A stretch of DNA of 64,000 nucleotides from Deltaproteobacteria bacterium (GTDB taxonomy: Bacteria > Myxococcota > Kuafuiibacteriia > Kuafuiibacteriales > Kuafuiibacteriaceae): assembly GCA_040218735.1 (NCBI GenBank), contig JAVJQW010000049.1, positions 128,001 to 192,000 of the forward strand, written 5' to 3'. Under the pieces are notes generated by a model. It worked only from the letters and a program-made list of their open reading frames with translations. It had not been told where the DNA came from and ran no database searches. Shown in pieces: positions 53,372-62,748 of the stretch (its first letter is position 1; each line of letters begins with the position of its first letter). A program made the translations under genes and the position numbers.

Positions 53372-55105
53372 GTGACCGTGTCGAGATCATCCAGCCTGCT
53401 CGTGCTCCTGGCGATCGCGACGGGCTGCACCACCGAGGGCTACTACAGCCGCATGATCACGGCCCTCGAGCTGTACGACGCAGAGGCGCCCATGTTCGAG
53501 CCCGTCGAGCGGCGCGGCCACGACCTGCCCGAGGACATCGTCTACAAACAGACGAACCAGCACGACCCGTGTTGGTCCGGGATGCGTGTGTTCGAGATGG
53601 GCACCGACCTCGAGCGCGACCACATTCGTTACTACGCGTGCATCATCGACCACCGCGCGCGGATCGAGCTTCGGGACGAAGCCGGCGCCCCGGTTTCGTC
53701 GATCTCGATGAAGATGCGCGACCCCGCGCTTCGGCTCTACCCGGTCGTGGTCTTCCCACCCCCCGCCGCGGATGGCCGTGACCCGTATCCGCTGGAGGCG
53801 CGGCGCGAGTACCCGGCGCCGGTCGCGGTGGGCGACTTCGTACAGCTGAGGATCACCGCCGACGACGGTGTGTGGGACGACGAGGTCTACGACTACGAGG
53901 TCCCGCCGAGCATCACCGTCTCGCCGATCGAGGAGGGCGAGCGAATCCTCACGCTGAAGGTTCCGAAGTGGGCGCGGCGCGCGGTGTACGAGGTGGATCC
54001 CGTGGCCGTCGCCGTCGCCGTCGAGGGCTACCACCCGATCGAGCGCATCGCGCTGGCACCGTCCGAGCTGGACCTCGCCTACGGGGCGTCGGTCGAGGTG
54101 GAGGTGGTCGGCACGGACGACGTCGGTGCGGAGCGTCGCGTCGACGCGATCGTCACGAGCCGTGATGTCGAAGTCGCGACGCTCGTTTGCGACGGGGGAT
54201 CGTGCGCGGCGACCGGTCGCGGCGAGGGGACGACGAAACTCGTCGCCGAGTACCGCCGCGACGACGGGCGTGTCCTCGTGGCCGAGGCCTCCGTCGCCGG
54301 CCGCCGCCCGACGCTGGTCACCCTGGACGTGGTGCTCGACGCTCGAGCCGTACCGCTCGGCCGAGGGACCATCGCGCGCGCGATCGGGACGTACCAGGAC
54401 GGCAGCTTGGGCGACGTGACGAGCTCCGCGACCTGGTCATCGACCTCGGAGGCCACCGCGACGGTCTCCGCCGAAGGGGCGGTGGCGTCGGTCGCCGTGG
54501 GCACGACGCGGTTCATCGCGAGCTTCGAAGGCCGCACCGGCGAGAGCGCCGACTTCACCGTCGGGGAGCCGGTCGTGGACGTCATCGACATCGACCCGGC
54601 CGTCGTGCGGGTCCCGGTCGGGCGGACCCAGAGCTTCGACGTCGTCGCGCTCTACAGTGACGGCGCGAGCGTCGACCACTCCGACGACCTGTACGCGTTC
54701 TTTGTCGAGGACGCCGCGATCGCGCGCGTGACCGGCGACGGTGCGATCGAGGGGCTCGCGCAGGGCCAGACCGTGGTCACTGCGCGCTTCGACAGCGCGA
54801 CGGAGGCGAACGTGGTGGTCGTCCCGGTCGAGGTCGAGCCGGCTGCGTTGACGTCGATCGCGCTGTTGCCGTCCTCGTTGGTGCTCGCGGTCGGGCAGAC
54901 CTCGACGGTCGCCGCGGTGGGGACGTACTCTGACGGTTCGAGCTTCGACGTGACCGACCAGGTGAGCTGGGTCTCGACGGATCCGTTGGTCTGCGAGCCC
55001 AGCGAGGCCGGCCGCGTCCTCGGCGTCGGCGTCGGGAGCGCCGAGCTCACCGCCTCGATGGACGGCGTCGCCGCGACGATGGAAGTCACGGTCGACGTGC
55101 CGTAG
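53372..55105 (+). CDS. Lipoprotein with tandem bacterial Ig-like (Big_2) domains
   Basis: Lipobox IATGC; repeats GTYQDGS..DVTSSATWSST and GTYSDGS..DVTDQVSWVST. Confidence 0.85.
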   Translation: MTVSRSSSLLVLLAIATGCTTEGYYSRMITALELYDAEAPMFEPVERRGHDLPEDIVYKQTNQHDPCWSGMRVFEMGTDLERDHIRYYACIIDHRARIELRDEAGAPVSSISMKMRDPALRLYPVVVFPPPAADGRDPYPLEARREYPAPVAVGDFVQLRITADDGVWDDEVYDYEVPPSITVSPIEEGERILTLKVPKWARRAVYEVDPVAVAVAVEGYHPIERIALAPSELDLAYGASVEVEVVGTDDVGAERRVDAIVTSRDVEVATLVCDGGSCAATGRGEGTTKLVAEYRRDDGRVLVAEASVAGRRPTLVTLDVVLDARAVPLGRGTIARAIGTYQDGSLGDVTSSATWSSTSEATATVSAEGAVASVAVGTTRFIASFEGRTGESADFTVGEPVVDVIDIDPAVVRVPVGRTQSFDVVALYSDGASVDHSDDLYAFFVEDAAIARVTGDGAIEGLAQGQTVVTARFDSATEANVVVVPVEVEPAALTSIALLPSSLVLAVGQTSTVAAVGTYSDGSSFDVTDQVSWVSTDPLVCEPSEAGRVLGVGVGSAELTASMDGVAATMEVTVDVP

Positions 55106-55108
55106 CGC

Positions 55109-56200
55109 TCAGACGATCGCGGACCAGACGTCGGAGCCGGTCTGCACGCGGAGGAGGCGCTTCGTCTCCTTCGTCAGCACCAGCTCGCCCCCCTCGACGC
55201 GCGCCGCGCCGAGCACCGCGCGAAACTTGTACGGAGGCTTCGGGCTGCCGACCGAGATCAAACGTCGGTCGATGCGGTCGACGCGCTTGCGGCTCAGCAC
55301 CGCGGCTTCTTCGGCGTCGTCGATCGCGTTCGGGGAGACCGCGAAGCGGCGCGTCCCCTTCACGACGGTGATCTGATCCACCTCGGCTTCGAAGTGCGGA
55401 CCACCGTCGAAGGGATCGATGCGATCCGTGTAGGCGAAGCCGACCTTCTCGAGCATGCGTCGTACCGGTTTGGTGTCGTCGCCGACCTCGCCGATCAACG
55501 CGCGCACGTCGTCCGGGAGCAGCGACGCGTGGATGGTGTGCGGGAACAGGGAGATGATGAACTCCTTGTTCGTGTCGCTGAGTTTGTCGGCCTCCTGGTA
55601 GTCGAGGCCGGTGAAGCGACGACCGAGGTGCTCCCATAGGCGTGAGCGGCCATCGTCGAGGAGCGGGGGCATCAACTCGGAGATCACGCTGTCGCGGAAG
55701 TTGCGGCGGTACATCGCCATGAAGACGAACCGCACGAAGGACAACGGTTTGCCGAGCCCGTTCGCGCGTAGCTTCGGATCGAGGACCAAGGCGCCGATCT
55801 CCGAGGGGCCCTCGTAGTTGAAGCCGAGGCGCAGCGTGATGTGGCGGAAGTGTCGGTCGAGCGTCGTGGAGTAGCGCTCGTCCTCCATCACGTCGAAGAA
55901 GATGTGCGGCGCCTCGGGGTGCCCGTGCTGCGCGAAGATCATCGACGTCCCCGCGACGTGCCCCGATCCCGCGTCCTCCATGACGAACATGTAGTGGCGG
56001 CGGAAGGGATCCTCGATCTTGCCCGTGAAGCTCCGGCGCGCACCCGTGATGACGCGCTTGAGCACCTTCTTGTCGTGCGGGAAGTTGACCGAGTCGAGGT
56101 GTTTGGACAGCGCGTACAGCCCGTCGACGTCGCGCGGCTCGACCTCGCGGATGACGTACCGTCCCGCGGGTTTCTTCTTGCTGGCTCCCCTCTTGGCCAT
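55109..56200 (-). CDS. astA: Arginine N-succinyltransferase
   Basis: YMFVMED..GHVAGTS, GPSEIGALVLDP, LSFVRF, WEHLGRRFTGLDYQEAD, NKEFI, IDPFDGGP. Confidence 0.9.
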   Translation of the reverse strand: MAKRGASKKKPAGRYVIREVEPRDVDGLYALSKHLDSVNFPHDKKVLKRVITGARRSFTGKIEDPFRRHYMFVMEDAGSGHVAGTSMIFAQHGHPEAPHIFFDVMEDERYSTTLDRHFRHITLRLGFNYEGPSEIGALVLDPKLRANGLGKPLSFVRFVFMAMYRRNFRDSVISELMPPLLDDGRSRLWEHLGRRFTGLDYQEADKLSDTNKEFIISLFPHTIHASLLPDDVRALIGEVGDDTKPVRRMLEKVGFAYTDRIDPFDGGPHFEAEVDQITVVKGTRRFAVSPNAIDDAEEAAVLSRKRVDRIDRRLISVGSPKPPYKFRAVLGAARVEGGELVLTKETKRLLRVQTGSDVWSAIV

Positions 56201-56231
56201 CGGGCGGGGGGAACGTATCACTGATTCAGCG

Positions 56232-58985
56232 ATGGCCGACGCGGTTTTGGAGTCCGTACGCATCAGCGACGAAGCGCTCGACGCACTGCGTGCTCAGCAG
56301 GGCGAGGCCCGTCGCCTGCTGTCGAGGCTCGCGGACGACCAGGCGCCTCAGCTCGGCGCCTTCCTGGCCGCGCAGACGACCGCCTGCACCGACGAGCTCG
56401 TGCTGGGTGTCGTCGACGCGGCGCGCACGGTGCTGGACGACGAGACCGCCGCCGCGGGCGCGCGGGTCGCGCTGGTCGCGCTCGGGAGCTACGGCCGGCG
56501 CGAGCTATGTCCGTACTCCGACGTCGATCTGTTGTTCCTCGTCCCGGCGCAGGCCGACGAACGCATCCGCACCTTCGTCAACACGGTGCTGTACGGCCTG
56601 TGGGATCTCAACCTGGAGGTCGGCCACGCCGTGCGCACCGTCCTCGAGACGGTGAAGGCCGCGCGCAACGATCAATCGACGACGTCCGGGCTGCTCGACG
56701 CACGCCTCCTCGATGGCCCCGAGGAAGGCACGGCCGAGCGCGAGGAGGCCTACCAATCCCTCGTCGGCGCGATGCAGACCACACTCTCCGGCGAGCGCGC
56801 CGCGGAGTTCATCGAAGAGAAGCTCGACGAGGCGAAGCGTCGGCGAAAGCGCTACGGAAACACGGTCTTCCTGCTCGAGCCCAACGTGAAGGAGAGCGAC
56901 GGGGGGCTTCGGGAGCTGCACACCGCGATGTGGGTCGCGCGTGCGCGGTGGCGGACGCCGCGCGTGGAGGACTTGCTTCGGCTCGGTGTGTTGTCGACCC
57001 GCGAGGGGCGCTCGCTGCTGCGGTCGTACGGTTTCATGCTCCGCGTGCGCGCCGAGCTGCACCTCGCCGCGCAGCGCCGGCAAGACAACTTGCAGTTCGC
57101 GCACCAGGAGACGGTGGCGACGCGCTTGGGGTACGTGGATCCGGCGGAGCTCGACCTCGACCGCCGGACCCACGGCGTCGAGCGCTTCATGCGCGCGTAT
57201 TACTTCAACGCGAAGCAGCTCGCGTTGCTGTCGAAGCTGATCGTCGAGCGCGCGACGTCCCACCGGACGCGCCGCCAGCTCCACGCGCGCTCCGCGCCGG
57301 GGGACTTCAAGCTGTGGAACCAGATGCTCACGGTGAAGGAGCGCACGCAGTTCGAGCGCGACCCCGCCGCGCTGATGCGCATCTTCCGCGTCGCGCAGGA
57401 GGAGTCGCTCGAGATCTACAGCTACACGAAGGATCTCATCGTCGAATCGCGGGCGCTGTTCGACCGTCGGCTTCGGCGTGACCGGGACGTCGTCCGTGAC
57501 TTCCTCGCGGTGCTCGAAGACCCCCGCAACGACGCGACGACGGTGCGCACGATGCACGATCTCGGCGTCCTGAGGCGCATGATCCCGGAGTGGGCGCGCA
57601 TCACGGCGCGGTGGCAGCACTCGCTGTACCACGTGTACACCGTCGACGAGCACAGCATCGTCGTCTTCGACAACCTCAAGCAGCTCAAGCTCGGCGGCTA
57701 CGAGGAGGGCGCGCGGCACTTCGCGAAGGTGCTGTCGGATCTCCCGCGGCCGGCGGTCGTGTACCTCGCCGGGCTGCTCCACGACGTGGGCAAGGGGTGG
57801 CCGCGTGGCGACCACTCGATCCGGGGCGCGAAGGTGGCGCGTGTCGCGGGGCGACGATTGGAGGCCGCTGCGCTCGACGCGTGGACCGAGGAGGAGACCG
57901 AAGACCTCGCGTGGCTGGTCGAGAAGCACCTGCTCATGTCGGACATCTCGCAGCGTCGCGACATGTCGGACCCGAACCTGATCTCGGCGTTCGCAGAGGA
58001 CGTGCGATCGGTCGAGCGGCTCTCGATGCTCTACGTGCTGACCTACGCGGACATGAAGGGCACGTCGCCCAAGGTCTGGACGGAGTGGAAGGGTGCGCTG
58101 CTGCGCGAGCTGTACGAGCAGGCGTGCGCCGTGGTGCGGAAGGGCTCGTCGACCGCGGCGGCGCACTTCGCCGCGCGTCGTCGTCAGGCGCTCGCGTATC
58201 TCCTCGAGGCACGCGAGGAGCGGAACCTCGACGAGGTCACGGTGCGCGCGTTCGCGGAGCTCATGCCGGAGCGCTATATGCTGAGCTATCCGGCGCGCCG
58301 CATGTTGAGGCACGTCGAGATGTGGCGCGACGTGAGCCGGCGCGGCGGCCTCGCGGTGCACGTCCAGCACCTGCGGCGGGAGGGGAGCACGCGGCTGTCG
58401 GTGGTCTGCCCGGACCGCCCCGGGTTGCTCGCGCTGCTCGCGGGGGTGTTGGCGGCGCATCGGCTCCAGGTGATGTCGGCGCAGATCTTCTCGATTGATC
58501 TGCGCAACGCCGAGGTCGGCGACGGGCGCGCGGCGCTCGACGTGTTGTTCGTGCAGGACGAGCGCGGGCGCATCTGCGACGACAAGGAGCGGTGGGCCGC
58601 CGTGCGCGCGGATCTCGAGCGGGCGCTCGACGGTGCGATCGACGTCCCCGCGATCCTCGAACACCACCGGACGGGATCCTCGCTCGACCCCCGCACGCGC
58701 CCGAACGTGAAGACGGAGATCGAGGTCCACGGCGACGAGAGCGAGGCGGAGACGGTGATCGACGTCTTCTGTCAGGACCACCTCGGCGTGCTGCACACGA
58801 TCACCAAGGCGCTCGCGGACCAGGGCCTGTCGATCAGCCTCGCGAAGATCTCCACCCAGGGGGACCGCGTCGCGGACGGCTTCTACGTCACGGACGCGAA
58901 GACCGGAGCCAAGGTCACGGACGCGGCGCGGCTCGCGAAGATCACGGCGTTCTTGGAGTCTCGAATCGCGGCGGCGAGCGCCTGA
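56232..58985 (+). CDS. glnD: [Protein-PII] uridylyltransferase/uridylyl-removing enzyme
   Basis: GSYGRRELCPYSDVDL, EPNVKESDGGLR, YHVYTVDEH, LLHDVGKG, two ACT domains (DRPGLL, DHLGVL..AKIST.G). Confidence 0.97.
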   Translation: MADAVLESVRISDEALDALRAQQGEARRLLSRLADDQAPQLGAFLAAQTTACTDELVLGVVDAARTVLDDETAAAGARVALVALGSYGRRELCPYSDVDLLFLVPAQADERIRTFVNTVLYGLWDLNLEVGHAVRTVLETVKAARNDQSTTSGLLDARLLDGPEEGTAEREEAYQSLVGAMQTTLSGERAAEFIEEKLDEAKRRRKRYGNTVFLLEPNVKESDGGLRELHTAMWVARARWRTPRVEDLLRLGVLSTREGRSLLRSYGFMLRVRAELHLAAQRRQDNLQFAHQETVATRLGYVDPAELDLDRRTHGVERFMRAYYFNAKQLALLSKLIVERATSHRTRRQLHARSAPGDFKLWNQMLTVKERTQFERDPAALMRIFRVAQEESLEIYSYTKDLIVESRALFDRRLRRDRDVVRDFLAVLEDPRNDATTVRTMHDLGVLRRMIPEWARITARWQHSLYHVYTVDEHSIVVFDNLKQLKLGGYEEGARHFAKVLSDLPRPAVVYLAGLLHDVGKGWPRGDHSIRGAKVARVAGRRLEAAALDAWTEEETEDLAWLVEKHLLMSDISQRRDMSDPNLISAFAEDVRSVERLSMLYVLTYADMKGTSPKVWTEWKGALLRELYEQACAVVRKGSSTAAAHFAARRRQALAYLLEAREERNLDEVTVRAFAELMPERYMLSYPARRMLRHVEMWRDVSRRGGLAVHVQHLRREGSTRLSVVCPDRPGLLALLAGVLAAHRLQVMSAQIFSIDLRNAEVGDGRAALDVLFVQDERGRICDDKERWAAVRADLERALDGAIDVPAILEHHRTGSSLDPRTRPNVKTEIEVHGDESEAETVIDVFCQDHLGVLHTITKALADQGLSISLAKISTQGDRVADGFYVTDAKTGAKVTDAARLAKITAFLESRIAAASA

Positions 58986-58991
58986 CGGAGG

Positions 58992-60119
58992 TCAGCGTCG
59001 ACGTCGGGCGCGGCGACGTTTGTTGCGCCGCTTCTTCTCGATCTTGGGGTCGGGCTTGCCGTCGAGGTGGAGCACCGACAGGAACCCGATCGTCCCCTTC
59101 GCCGACTGCGCGAGGACGAAGCCGTCCTTCGCCGGGAAGTCCGGGTAGATCGTGACAGCCGCACCCTTACGGAGGCGCGCGGAGTGTTTGCCGGGCGCGG
59201 GGCGCGAGAACAGCCGCGTGCGGCGGGGGAGGGTGCGCTCGATGCTCGCGCCGATGTTCACGCGGCCGAGGTCTTCTTCCTTGGGCGCCGTCGTCGGGGC
59301 GGCGCGCGTCGGGCGCGGCGCGATGAGCGGGATCTCCTCCGGCGCGGGCGTCGGGGCCGGAGCGGCCGCGGCTGCGGCGACGGGGGCTTCGACGGGGGCC
59401 GGGGGGGTGACGCGGTTCGCCGGCGCCGCTTGCGGCTCCGAGCTGCGCACCTGCAGGAGCACCAGCACGAGGACGGCGGCGAGCGCGTACGGCGCAGCGA
59501 CGAACACGAGCTGCTTCTTGCGCGGCATCGCCTCGAACTTGCGGAGCGCGGCGACGGAGTGTTCGCCGATCGTGGAGGCAAAACGCACGCCGCGTTCGGC
59601 GGCGACGGTCGAGGCGCGGCGCGCGTACTCGCGCGCGCGGAAGAGGGCGTCGTTCTTCACCACCATCGCGTCGGCGATCACGGACTCTTCGCGGCGGAGG
59701 TGGACGTCGGGCTCACCGAACTCCGTGGGCGGCGGCAAGGGGAACTGTTTCAGGCTCCCCCCGACGGTCGCGTCGCCCTTGGGGCGGCGTCCGAAGGAGG
59801 ACACGTGGGAGGCGGGGCGCGTGAGGCGCGGCGCCGTGCGTCGACGGACCGGCCGCGGCGGAGGGACGGCGCCGCTCGCGTCCTCGAAGGGCCACTGGGC
59901 GCGCTCTTCGCCCGAGCCGTCGGGCGAGGGCACGAGCTCGAGGTGCCGATTCGAACGTTGGCTCGGGAGCGGCGGCGGCTCCGGGATGGCGAGCGTGTCC
60001 TCTTCGAGGTGGTGGTGCCCGCGCTCGGTCGCATCCTCGGGCGCGAGTGACCCCCGGGTGGTGCCTTCTTCACGCTCCGCCGGCATGCTCGCTTCAGAGT
60101 TCACGACGGATAGGCTCAT
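58992..60119 (-). CDS. Hypothetical single-TM protein with Pro/Ala linker and SH3-like C-terminal domain
   Basis: TM LVFVAAPYALAAVLVLVLL; RLFSRP...LRKGAAVTI...GTIGFL; Arg-rich tail. Confidence 0.6.
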   Translation of the reverse strand: MSLSVVNSEASMPAEREEGTTRGSLAPEDATERGHHHLEEDTLAIPEPPPLPSQRSNRHLELVPSPDGSGEERAQWPFEDASGAVPPPRPVRRRTAPRLTRPASHVSSFGRRPKGDATVGGSLKQFPLPPPTEFGEPDVHLRREESVIADAMVVKNDALFRAREYARRASTVAAERGVRFASTIGEHSVAALRKFEAMPRKKQLVFVAAPYALAAVLVLVLLQVRSSEPQAAPANRVTPPAPVEAPVAAAAAAPAPTPAPEEIPLIAPRPTRAAPTTAPKEEDLGRVNIGASIERTLPRRTRLFSRPAPGKHSARLRKGAAVTIYPDFPAKDGFVLAQSAKGTIGFLSVLHLDGKPDPKIEKKRRNKRRRARRRR

Positions 60120-60170
60120 CAGCAATCCGCGAACCGACCGAGGTTGTTCGGGGATCGGGTGTCCCTGGGG

Positions 60171-60191
60171 CCCGACCGACCGTCGGTCGGG
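60171..60191. terminator. GC hairpin downstream of hemG
   Basis: CCCGACCGA-CCG-TCGGTCGGG perfect 9-bp stem; no U-tract. Confidence 0.3.
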
Positions 60192-60238
60192 GAGGACTGT
60201 CGTCACCAGCGGGGGCCGCGGCCCACGATCGGGTCGGC

Positions 60239-60811
60239 TTACGCGGCGGTGCGGCGCTCCGAGAACCACCCGTCGATGAAGCGGTCGAGCGCCGCCCAGT
60301 CCGTCAGCTCGAAGTCGCGGGTGACGTCGGTCGGGGCGCCCTGTTTGGCCGCGATACGGCCCATCAGGTGCCGCACGAGCCAGCCGTACTTCGTGTAGCG
60401 CAGCGCGCCGGCGATGGGGGCGGCGAGCGTCGGGCGCCACGTGGTCGCGGCGTAGAACGCCTCGAGCATGTGCACGATCTCGCGCTTCGCCTCCTCGCGG
60501 CGCTCCGCGGGCTGCGTCTCGTCCTCGACCGTCGCCTCCGTGAGGCAGACCGAGAGGAACGCGGTGGGGACGGCGTCGAGCGCCTCCCGGTGGCTCCGGA
60601 CGAATTCGACCATCTCCTTTTCGTGGCGTCCGAGGTGCACCGACGCGACGAGGATCGCCGCGTCGTACGCCCGCGGATCGAGGGCCGGCTCGACGCGAGC
60701 TGCGTCGCGAAGGTCCACCGTCGCCCCGTCGTCCTGCAGACGCCGGGTGACGTGCTCCGCGACTCGCTTCGCTTGGCCTTCGCGTGTGGCGTAGACAATC
60801 AGGGTTCGCAT
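60239..60811 (-). CDS. hemG: Menaquinone-dependent protoporphyrinogen IX dehydrogenase (flavodoxin fold)
   Basis: LIVYATREGQAKRVA, ASVHLGRH, AFLSVCL, AGALRYTKYG, ELTDWAAL. Confidence 0.88.
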   Translation of the reverse strand: MRTLIVYATREGQAKRVAEHVTRRLQDDGATVDLRDAARVEPALDPRAYDAAILVASVHLGRHEKEMVEFVRSHREALDAVPTAFLSVCLTEATVEDETQPAERREEAKREIVHMLEAFYAATTWRPTLAAPIAGALRYTKYGWLVRHLMGRIAAKQGAPTDVTRDFELTDWAALDRFIDGWFSERRTAA

Positions 60812-60824
60812 CGTTCGACTCCTT

Positions 60825-61727
60825 TCATCCCAAGAGCGTCCCCGCGGCCGCGCCCAGCGCGAACAAGAGGAACGCGATCAGCGTCCAGGCCTGCGCCGGG
60901 ACGATCTCAGCGGTGGTCTTCGCGTGTCGTAGGCGCCACGCCGCGCGCGCGGCGGGCACGAACCCGACGAGCCCGAGGCCGACCCACGGCGACAGGCCCC
61001 ACGCGGGGGCGAGCACGGTCAGCACGAACGCCGTCGCAACCAACGTTGCGAAGAGCGTCGCGCCGCGGCGCTTGCCGAGCCGGACCACGAGCGTTCGTTT
61101 GCCGACGGAGGCGTCCGCGTCGTGATCCGGGAGCTCGTTGACCAGCAGGAACGCGGCGATAAGGAGCCCGAGCGGGAGCGCGAGCCACAGGTGGCGCGAC
61201 GCGATCGTTTGGCGCTGCACGAGGTACGTCCCGGCCGCGATCAGCGGGCCGTAGGCGAGGGCGACGGCGGCTTCACCCAGGCCGCGGTACGACAGCTTCA
61301 GCGGAGGGGCGTGATAGAAGAACGCGAGCGCGGCGCCCACGACGCCGAAGAGCAGCACTTCGGGGGCGCGTCCCCACACGATCAGCAGGCCGACGGCCGC
61401 GCCGAGCGCGTAGAAGGTCGCGGCGACGAGCGCGGTCTGACGACGCGTCATCAGGCCGTCGATCAGGACACGCTTGCCGCCGGAGAAGGGGCTTCGGTCG
61501 GCGTCGGTGACCGCCGCGTCCGTGCCGGAGTCGAAGTCGAAGATCTCCCCCGACGCGTTCTTGGCGGCTTCGAAGAAGAAGATCCCCACGACCGTGAGGA
61601 CGAGCCACCCGATCGACAGGGGCCCGTCCGCCGCCGCGCTCGCCGCGCCGATCACCATCGACGCCACCGACGCGAGCGTGATCTTAGGATCCGCGACGCG
61701 CCAGATTCCTTCGGTCAGCCCGCTCAT
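60825..61727 (-). CDS. menA: 1,4-dihydroxy-2-naphthoate polyprenyltransferase-like UbiA prenyltransferase
   Basis: EIFDFDSGTD, PFSGG, YHAPPLKLSYRGLGE, NELPDHDADASVGKRTLVVRLG. Confidence 0.82.
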   Translation of the reverse strand: MSGLTEGIWRVADPKITLASVASMVIGAASAAADGPLSIGWLVLTVVGIFFFEAAKNASGEIFDFDSGTDAAVTDADRSPFSGGKRVLIDGLMTRRQTALVAATFYALGAAVGLLIVWGRAPEVLLFGVVGAALAFFYHAPPLKLSYRGLGEAAVALAYGPLIAAGTYLVQRQTIASRHLWLALPLGLLIAAFLLVNELPDHDADASVGKRTLVVRLGKRRGATLFATLVATAFVLTVLAPAWGLSPWVGLGLVGFVPAARAAWRLRHAKTTAEIVPAQAWTLIAFLLFALGAAAGTLLG

Positions 61728-62617
61728 GGCGCCCCCGCTCGGTACGCGGGACGGAAGACCTCCCGCGCAAACATCTCGATCGTCGTCTCGGTCCGCAGCG
61801 GTGGTGTCGGCGGAGCGCCGCCGAGCACGCCGGCGTCGAGCGCTTCGTACAGCTCGACGACGCGCGCCGCCGCGTCGGCCGACATCCCGAGGTTCGCCAT
61901 CGCCTCCCGCGCGGCGGTCGGAGGCACCGTGACGTGCTGCACCGGCGCGCCGATCGCTTGGGCGATCGCTCGGGCGTCTTCGTCGAAGGTGACCCGCCGC
62001 GGCCCCTCCAGCTCCAGCGTCCGCTGGTCGGTGAAGCTCGGGTCGAGGAGCGCGTTCGCGGCGACTTCGGCGACGTCGCGCGTCGCGATGCGCGGGATGC
62101 GGCAGGCCCCCCGCACCGGGAAGAAGAACGCGCCCTGCTCGCGGACGGAGGCGACCGACCACAGGTCGTTGTCCATGAAGTAGGCGGGGCGGAGGTGCAG
62201 CACGTCGGCGGACGTGGCGTCGAGCGCCCGCTCCACGGCGCGGTTCCCGCGGATGGGACCGGTCGCTGCATCGAGGTGCGCGCCGAACGACGAGAGGTGG
62301 ACGACGCGAGGGACGCCGCAGCGCTGGATCGCCTGCGCGGCGCGCTCGCCGAACTGGGTGTAGCGCGCGACGACGTCGTCCGCGTCGTAGCTGGGCGGGG
62401 TCAGCCAGAACACCGCGTCGACGCCGTCGAACGCGCGCGCGAGGACCTCGGGATCGTCGAGGCTCCCCGCGACGACCCCGGCGCCGCGCCCGCGCGCCGC
62501 AGAGACCATCGCGTTGTCGGGGGACCGCGCGATGACCCGCAGGTCCGCGCCGGCTTCGAGGAGCCGCGCGAGGACGGCGTGCCCGACCTGCCCGGTCGGC
62601 GTGGTTACGGCGTACAT
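61724..62617 (-). CDS. NmrA-family NAD(P)-binding protein
   Basis: TPTGQVG, AFDGVDAVF, VVHLSS, LRPAYFMDN, IATRDVA. Confidence 0.88.
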   Translation of the reverse strand: MYAVTTPTGQVGHAVLARLLEAGADLRVIARSPDNAMVSAARGRGAGVVAGSLDDPEVLARAFDGVDAVFWLTPPSYDADDVVARYTQFGERAAQAIQRCGVPRVVHLSSFGAHLDAATGPIRGNRAVERALDATSADVLHLRPAYFMDNDLWSVASVREQGAFFFPVRGACRIPRIATRDVAEVAANALLDPSFTDQRTLELEGPRRVTFDEDARAIAQAIGAPVQHVTVPPTAAREAMANLGMSADAAARVVELYEALDAGVLGGAPPTPPLRTETTIEMFAREVFRPAYRAGAP

Positions 62618-62676
62618 GCCGTGAGGAGGAGCAACGTCTGCGCCATGCGCAGCCCGTCGTGATGTGCCGCGCGCCG

Positions 62677-62690
62677 TTACGGATTCGTAA
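62677..62690. promoter_or_regulatory. Palindrome TTACG-GATT-CGTAA, candidate operator for the nmrA-menA-hemG unit
   Basis: AT-rich dyad about 60 bp upstream of the NmrA start; contains a T-N11-A pattern. Confidence 0.35.
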
Positions 62691-62748
62691 GCCTACCGGC
62701 GCCCGCGGTGTCCTATGCAGGTTCGATCACCGGGAGCTGCCTGCACTG

